In this document: positions 49,745-64,000 of the stretch, in pieces
How the letters are laid out: each line of letters begins with the position of its first letter
How positions within the stretch are numbered: position 1 is the stretch's first letter
Assembly (NCBI RefSeq): GCF_046119375.1
Contig: NW_027362765.1
Span: 163,308,001-163,372,000 of the forward strand
Source: Phyllobates terribilis
Taxonomy: Eukaryota
Length of the DNA stretch: 64,000 nucleotides
Reading direction: 5' to 3'
Translations under genes and position numbers: made by a program
The notes under the pieces: generated by a model
Seen by the model: only the letters and a program-made list of their open reading frames with translations
Told to the model about the DNA's origin: nothing
Databases searched by the model: none

Positions 49745-50270
49745 CTATCTCTTGAGTCTCTTGAGAAAGCCAACTAAATCCAGGCGAAACGCGCGTTGAG
49801 GCGCTTCCCCGCCACGGGTCACCTCTTCCAGCACCTTTAGCTTTCTTTCCACCTCCCGGTAAGGCTTTTTTATTTATGCATTGACTATGGGCATACTTTA
49901 ATATTGTGACTGATAGGAGTCCTATAAATGTATATTGCAATTTGCCCCTAGCCACCGTTCATCTATTTACTTGCTTTACCTGGGCTTCCCCACCCCACTG
50001 TTTACAATTTAACGTTGTGGGTGTGGGGTTGTAGGCTATTTGGTGCTGTACTTTCTTGATCCTATGTACCTCTGTTTGTCTGCGTTGTAACTCAACTATT
50101 TATTATGACAATGCATTTAATAAAGATTATTTTCTATTATGTTGCTCCTTGGTTTCTCCCTTTTCCTATAATGTTTTTGGAGTCGGTATATTCATGCTGA
50201 TTCTGGCATTGTCCAGGTTATCAGCAATGTTTGTTTTTCTTTGCTTGTACAAGGCCATTCTATGTATACT
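49745..50270 (+). mobile_element. Penelope-like element pseudo-LTR fragment
   Basis: Hammerhead motif followed by an AT-rich region with a donor-like site and AATAAA; boundaries approximate. Confidence 0.5.
49756..49802 (+). ncRNA. Candidate minimal hammerhead ribozyme (Penelope-type), U3-A8 core variant
   Basis: Stem I gtctc/gaggc; core UUGAGAA plus an extra A; stem II gcc/ggc; GAAAC-gcgc-GUU. Confidence 0.6.
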
Positions 50271-50479
50271 AATAATTAAAGCGAACCTGTCAGGTCCCCC
50301 ATGCCCTTCAACCCAGCAGCATTCACTTATTTATGAGTAAATTCCCTGCCTAACCAGTCCTGTATAACGTTTTTCTGTAAAAACTATGGAAATTTTCTCT
50401 TCCGTTTTAAAAAAGCATTTATATTGCCCCCGTTTCCTAGGCTAATGAGGGTTTTTACTAGTCGATGGGGTGTGCCCTT

Positions 50480-51120
50480 TAGATCCCTTGGCCCTGGCTG
50501 TGCCCACTAGGTCCCTTGGCCTTGGCTGTTGGGGGCACAGCCAGGGCCAAGGGTCCTAGGTGGGGCACAGCCAGTGCCAAGGGATCTAGGGGGGCACAAC
50601 TAGAGCCATGAGACCTGTGGGGCACAGCCAATGCCAAGGGACCTGGGAGGGTCACAGCCAGGACTAAGGAACCTGGAAGGGTCACAGCCAGGGCCAAGGG
50701 ACCTGGGGGGGCACAGCCAGGGCCAAGGAATCTGGGGGGCACAGCCAGGGCCAAGGGATTTGGGGGGCACAGTCAGGGCCAAGTGATCTGGGGTGGGGCA
50801 CAGCCAGGGCCATGGGGGGCACAGCGGGGCCATGTGACCTGGGGGGGCACAGCCAGGGCCAAGGGACCTGGGGGGGCATAGCCAGAGCCAAGGGACCAGG
50901 TGGGGTACAGCCAGTGCCAAGGAACCTGAGGGGGCACATTTAATAATGTGGCTCTGGCTGTGCCCCCTAGGTGACCTGGGGAGTACAGCCAGGGTCAAGG
51001 GACCTGCGGGGTACAGCCAGGGCCAAGGCTCCTGGGAGGGTCACAGACAGGACCAAGGGACTTGGAAGGTCCCTATGCCCCCCCCAGGGCCAAGGGACCT
51101 GGGGGCGCACAGCCTGTACC
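50480..51120. repeat. 27-bp G-rich minisatellite (gggggcacagccagggccaagggacct) with inverted units, inside a Kolobok-like element starting about 50280
   Basis: Direct reading; left end ttaa|agcgaacctgtca. Confidence 0.88.
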
Positions 51121-51504
51121 ACGGGACCTCCAGGGTATAGGTCTGGGAGGGTTTTATTAGTTCAAGGAGAGTGCTCTGGATTTATAGAAAATTTGACACA
51201 TTTCCTGACATGTCTGTAATAATGTTAGAATAAATACTGAGAAAAGGAGAGGTGTAGCACTGACATATTGGCAACTGGGTGCTACTATTCCCCATAACAT
51301 TCTGATACTGTTTGCAATGACTGCAATGAAAACACCCAATTGTTAATGCTACCACAAAAAGTCAGTAATGTCTATTGAGACCTTGTAGCAGGGCTGCAGT
51401 GGGGGAAGAGGGAAGGGCCCAACTTTAAGGATCAGCCCAACACTGTGCTCTACATTTATTTGACTTAGCAGTTTTGGCTAGTTCTAAATATAAAAAGGTC
51501 CCCT

Positions 51505-53640
51505 AATCATAGAATCATAGAATTTTAGAGTTGGAAGGGACCTCCAGGTTCATTGTATCCAATCCCCTGCTCAATGCATGATTCGCTAAACCATCTCAGA
51601 CAGATGTCTGTCCAGCCTCTGTTTGAAGACTTCCACTGACGGAGGACTCACTACTAGGGTTGAGCGAGTATGTTCTGTCCGTGTATGCTCAGGCCGAGCT
51701 CCGAGTATTTACAGCTGCTCGGTGATAAGGTTAAATCGCTCCCGTGTGCATGATTTGCAACTGTTTAACAGCTTTATTACATGTGAGGAATGTGTAAGAA
51801 ATAGAAATAGTCTTCCTCCTCTTGTGATCCAAAAATTGAGGATAGCATGATTGGTGCCTCCTAAATTTCCAGCCACCTTTACTTCCTCAACTATTTCCTC
51901 CCTGTTCATAAGAATTAGGTCCAAGATGGCAGATCTTCTTGTTCTCTCTATTACCTTTTGAAACATACAGTTGTCAGAGAGAGAAGATAAGAATTTTCGG
52001 GACCCATTACTTTTGCCTGAGAGAGATTCCCAACAAATATAGTTAAACTCTCCCATGATCACGATGTCGCACTTTTTTTTAGCCAAACAATTTCTACAGA
52101 GCTACAAATCTCTGAAGATTGGATCTCTCTCTGCGGAGACATATGCTTTCCTAATATACAATGCAACACCTCCCCCCCTCTTGTTAAGTCTGCTTCTTAT
52201 AAATAAGTTGTAGGCTTCAATGTTTGTATTCCAATCATGTGTATCATCCCACCAAGTTTCAGTAATTCCTATGATAACATATCTCTCTATCTGTGTTAGC
52301 AACTCCGATTCTCCTTGTTTGTTTCCCATGCTCTGTGCATTTGGATAGATACATTTTAGTTTGTAGTTGATTTCTCTTGCTCCTCTAATTTCATTCAGAA
52401 TTTGTTGTCTTTGTTCTTTAATAACTTCTAATAGCAGGGTGCTCAACAGAATTCAATAGCTGCATATTTTTTCCTAGCCGCATATTTCCCATCCCATATT
52501 GCTCTATTTTAAAGCTCTCCTGATGAGTGTAGTAAGGCATCTACCAAATATGTGTTTTCCTGTTTTCGTAAAACATCTCTAGCAAGGAGTTCATCATACA
52601 GGTAATTCACTCTATGGTCAAGAAACCTAAATTGTTGCTGACGGCACCATCAACGTAGACAGTTGTTCACCTGTAGAATCCGGTTCAATCTCCTTGTTCC
52701 ATGTCCATCCACTGGGAGGATGGATGAGAAGACGACCTGCGCTCCCAGCGCCTTCACTTTCTGGCCTAGGTCTTCAAAGTCTCTGCATATAATTTTCAGG
52801 TCCTTTTTTGTTGTGTCATTTGTTCCTACGTGTATTAGTGGTCGTGGGCAGTTGTCTGTAGCACTGAAGAGTCTTGATACCCTATCAGACACATCTTTGA
52901 TTTAGCACCTGGAAGACAGCACACTTCTTGTGAGGTGATGTCGGTCGGCAGACAGGGGCTTCTGTTCCTTTAAGTAGGGAATCCCCCACAACCACCACTC
53001 TTCTTTTTTAATTCACCACAGTGCTTCTTTTTCTCCCTTCAAGAGGCTTCTGATTGTTTACTGCACTGTTCTTTGTGGACCGAACACTTTTTTTATGTAC
53101 ATCTTCGTAGTTGTCCTGCGTGAGAGCCTGGTAGCGGTTCTTCAATGGTATGGATATTGACAGCCTCCTCATCATTCTGCCTCTTTGGGTCACATGCTTC
53201 CATTTCTCTTCTTTTGCAGGTACATTGAAAGGTCCTTCTCTTAGAACATTCTTAATAATTATTTCTACTCTGTCATTAGCTTCTGCAGGAATGCTGAAAA
53301 GTTCTTCTCTTGCAACATTTCGAAGAGATTCTTCTGCTTTGTCAAGGAAATTCTCATCACCTTTGATGAGCTTCCGTGTAACTTTTCTCTCCTGAAGACT
53401 TTTCACCTTTTCCTCGAACAGAGTCACAAGCTTGCATTTCTGGCACATAAAGCTTGTCTTATCCTCTGGCAAGTCAGTAAACATATAGCACAGATTGCAG
53501 CACACCACATGGGTAATCTCCTTCTCCATGTTGAAGAAAATAAATTGTTTATGAACTGTTGTAAAGATTTCCTTCAAGCAGCTCAATCCAGCTACATTCA
53601 AAGATCTTCAGACTTGCGGCGACTCTTCACTTTTCCCAGA
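51505..53640 (-). mobile_element. CR1 LINE with ORF1 and endonuclease, RT largely deleted
   Basis: 3' (TTCTATGA)n tail at 51505-51523; APE motifs ITETWWD, RGGGVALY, GEFN, TRRSAILDL; ORF1 with CxxC...CxxC, coiled coil and HVGTND esterase motif. Confidence 0.9.
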
Positions 53641-54766
53641 ATGCAACGGAAATATACAAATTACCTTAATATCAGATATTGACTTTATGCAGTGTGTTAT
53701 GTATGAATCCATACCATATATTTTAAGTCCCCCAAGATATGTAGGACATCACAAGAAATTTTAAGTCTCAGATTTGTAGTATATTTCATTGTATACAGTG
53801 TCATGGAGTTTTCAGTCGGAACATTGCACAATATGGCAGTACATGAAATGTTTTCATTTTCAAAATTCTGACTCTTAGGGTCTTTGTGATTCCCTAACAG
53901 AGTTTTAGAGTAGGTTTATGCTATTTAAAGAATTTAGTGTCATAATTGTTATCAGAACATTGTTCTTCTCTTCTCTATTCATAGCCATAGCCAACACCCT
54001 TTTTTTTAGCTGGCACTGAGCCTTTGATTTCTCCCCATTGTTTTCTCTAAATTGCTATTGCCCATGAAATTAGACTTTCTGACTATAGATAATGAGGTAC
54101 ATAAGTCAAAATAGTCATGGAGACAGAATGAGCTGGTGTGGCTTCCCTTTTTTCATCCCCTCCACAGCCATTGGGGCAATTGCCCCTCAATACTTCCTTG
54201 TTGTCAAGAAAATGCAATTCTTTTGGAGCGGGATCCTTGCCACCCAATAGCTAAGAATTTGGACTAACCCCCTTCTCTCCATGGACCATGTAAAAGCCAT
54301 GATGCGCTTCCCTCTATAATAGGGACACTCTTAGTCATAAAAGTATGTTAGGAAATTTTTAGAATGTTGTCATAAAAGATGAAAAAAGCAAATTATTCAT
54401 TTAATTTACCCATTACCTCATCATTACATTATAATAGTGCCTTACTCATGTCTCATAAAAGGTCATCTAATGCATTGCCTATAAATGTACCGCTCAGATG
54501 TTGCCACTACTCAGAATTTACCAATACTTTCATCTTTAAATAAACAAGGAGTTTATGTAATGTAAGGGTGTGGAATTGTCTGATGTACAGCATCATAAGA
54601 ATATACAGGAATCTCTCCACCTTCCTTTAGCATTCTATGTAATACACACTATAAAAACACAAGCTCTGGCTGATCAACCCAAGAATTATTAGTCAATAAA
54701 GTCCCAAACTATTAAGACGCCAAAAAAAGCACATAAAGTTATCTATGCAACGCCTCCTGCTCCATA

Positions 54767-54773
54767 TATAAAT
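54767..54773 (+). promoter_or_regulatory. TATA box of keratin C
   Basis: TATAAAT about 105 nt upstream of ATG 54873. Confidence 0.75.
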
Positions 54774-54872
54774 AGAAAGGCATAGAGGCAGTATCACACT
54801 TCCATCGGAGACTTAAGATCCATTCAGTTGTGCTTCTTTTCCCTTTCCACTCCTTTCTCTTCTCTTGTCAAC

Positions 54873-61758
<6,886 letters not shown>

Positions 61759-62428
61759 TTGTATACCACCCACACTGGAGAAATGTGAAGACCAAGCATA
61801 AAACATGGAAAATAATGCTCTAGAAATATAATTCTATATCTTTTATATATATTCTCTTTGTATTAGTCATTGGAGATATTAAGCAAGTGATTCTTGGTTT
61901 AATGGTTTGTGGGGAAAAAACATTTGTCAACATGCTATTCATTCCTATAAATGTGTTTTGCTGGTTTGAAATTATGAGAAGGAGTATTATATTTTATATT
62001 TGACTCCAAACATAGAATATCCTTCTGGAGCCGGGAGAGTGGGGGATGAGATATTGAGTGTACATTTTATCTCATTCAATTGAAAAACCTACAATACTGA
62101 ACTCTCAGTGTATGTTCTACCCTAACACTAAATTCTAAAGCCCTACAAATATTATCCTAAAACAACAAAGAGACATTCATTAATACATTATGCGGTAATT
62201 AAGTAGACATGTATCAATGAACTGAAATCTCAGCAGATACTTTTATTCCCCTGAGAAAATGTTGTGACGTAACCCACTTTTGAAAAACCTTTGCATTGTG
62301 ATTCCACAGATCCAAGAGATCTTAAAAGGTCTCTTTCATGAAGTCTGTTGGGCATGTATATCACAAATAATGATGGCTCTTGGACTGTATTGTCATTCTT
62401 CAATTATATTCTAACTGTATATTATTAC

Positions 62429-62434
62429 AATAAA
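62429..62434 (+). promoter_or_regulatory. Candidate polyadenylation signal of keratin C
   Basis: First AATAAA I found after the stop, about 670 nt downstream. Confidence 0.55.
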
Positions 62435-62553
62435 CTGTATCTCTGATAATGCAAGAATCTGATGTTTTTGTATAGCTATGTTGTAGTATTAGCGACCTCA
62501 GCAAACAACTTTCCCATAGCTGGGTTTATCATAGAAATTTTGTAAAATTAGAA

Positions 62554-62705
62554 TTAAAGTGGTTTTCCCACGAACACAGTACATTTTAAACAATACATCT
62601 TGGAATAATAATAAGTTACACAATTAGATTTGATTAAAAAAACGATCCTGTGCTGAGATAATCTCTTAAATGGGCCCATGTGTACTGTGTAATGGCTGTG
62701 TCCAA
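62554..62705. mobile_element. Truncated T2-type MITE related to 41941-42487
   Basis: ttaa|agtggttttcccacgaa and shared internal blocks. Confidence 0.6.
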
Positions 62706-62732
62706 CTAGGCAGAGCTGCTTCAGTTCGTGGT

Positions 62733-64000
62733 TAGTGTTGAGCATTCCGATACTGTAATATCGGGTATCGGCCGATATTCGCGGTATCGGAATTCCGATA
62801 CTTAATTCCGATACTTTTACAATATCGGATACCGGAATCGGAAGTTCCCATAATGCCTGCGCTCTGCAGTGTCTGTGAAGGATGACAAGTTGGATGGCAG
62901 CGCGATCCAGCCTGTCATCAGAATGCCATCCCAGCGGGGGAGAATTCTCCTGATTGTTTAAAAGCCGGCGGGCGGTATAAAGCCGCCGGCTTTTAAACAA
63001 TCACACAGCCCCATACTGCTTCCCCGCAGCCTCCCACCCCGATCCTCCGCTCCCCTCGCCACCTCCCATCCCGATCGTAAGTTAGGACCGGGCGGGGAGC
63101 GCAGCTCCAAGGAGCGGGGAGTGAAGGACCCGGGCGGGGAAGCCGGCAGTGAAAAGACTTCACCGCCGGCTTTCCCGTTCTGTGCTGCGCTTTCCCGCCG
63201 GTTATTTCAAATGAACAGCTGAGGTATCAGCTGATGCCGATCAGCTGTTCATTTGAATTAGCCGCGGTGCCCTCAGAGGGTTCATGTGAGTTCATGCTTG
63301 ACTGCATGAACTCACATGAACTTTCCCACGGCCGCACAGGTCAGCCTCACCTCCCAGACGATCAGACCGTCATGATTAGTGTGTGTGCGGGGTGTGTGTG
63401 CGGGGTGTGTGCGCGATGTTTGTGCGGGTGTGCGCGGTGTCTGTGCGATGTGTGCGGGTGTGTGCGGTGTGTGTGCGGGTGTGTGCGTGCAGGCAGACAT
63501 AGGCCGATGTGACACTACTACTCCCATCGGCCTATGTCTGTCCCCCGTCCACTCCTGCCAGCAGGATCAGCTCGATGGGAGCAGTAGTTCCCATCAGACT
63601 GATCCTGCTATTTAAATTGCCCTACTGTGTCCCCAATAAATGTTAAATACATGTCATTGGTGGCCAGTGGTTACCTAAAAGAAATTAGTTCATACATTAC
63701 CTGTCCCCGCCGATCGCCACCTAAAATAAAGTAAAAAATAAAAAACTACACCTATACTCACCAAGACACCTAATTCCCCGAAGCCATCGATCTCCTGTAA
63801 TAAAATATAAAATAATAAACCACAACCTTATCCTTACCCCTCCGTAGCAGTCCACGAGTGTCCCACGAAGATCTCCAGTTCAGAGCAGCCACATAGAATG
63901 TGACCGCTCTGAACCGCTGCCGCCGCTAGAATGACGGGGCCGTAAGGGTTCACCGGAGTTCAGGCAGCGCTGCTCCGGTTAGCTCCTTTACGGCCCTGCT
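62733..64000. mobile_element. Composite non-autonomous DNA element (tagtgttgagc end, ccgatac/gtatcgg subterminal repeats, GT-rich tract); runs off the window
   Basis: Many ccgatac repeats in both orientations at 62745-62845; (GT/GC) tract 63378-63490. Confidence 0.5.

Noticed and set aside
50479-51219. ORFs with GPLALAVPP / PWPWLCPP repeats
   Set aside because: Translations of a 27-bp minisatellite in multiple frames and both strands

Overview
Vertebrate genomic DNA, by inference a frog: the repeat set (Tc1, T2/Kolobok-type and Harbinger-type MITEs, piggyBac derivatives, Gypsy-type LTRs, CR1, L2, L1, V-SINE, Penelope-like remnants) is typical of anurans. The genic core is a tandem cluster of three apparently intact 8-exon type I (acidic) keratin genes on the + strand: A 27358-32183 (432 aa), B 34971-47248 (439 aa) and C 54873-61758 (563 aa). 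Each has the canonical type I rod exon sizes (83/157/162/126/221 nt), GT-AG introns and a TATA box. Their heads are His/Ser/Gly-rich rather than the usual Gly-loop type (about 25% His over 221 aa in gene C). All three proteins end in Lys-Cys-stop, and each promoter carries a CTCATAAAA posterior-Hox-type motif. The first 27 kb and the large introns are mostly nested transposon debris. Notable non-genic items are a young non-autonomous LTR retroelement with a tRNA-Ser primer-binding site in gene B intron 4, a 390-bp inverted repeat in gene A intron 7, and a hammerhead-ribozyme-like fold with a compensatory U3-A8 core pair at 49756-49802. All coordinates and counts were read by hand; no database searches were run.
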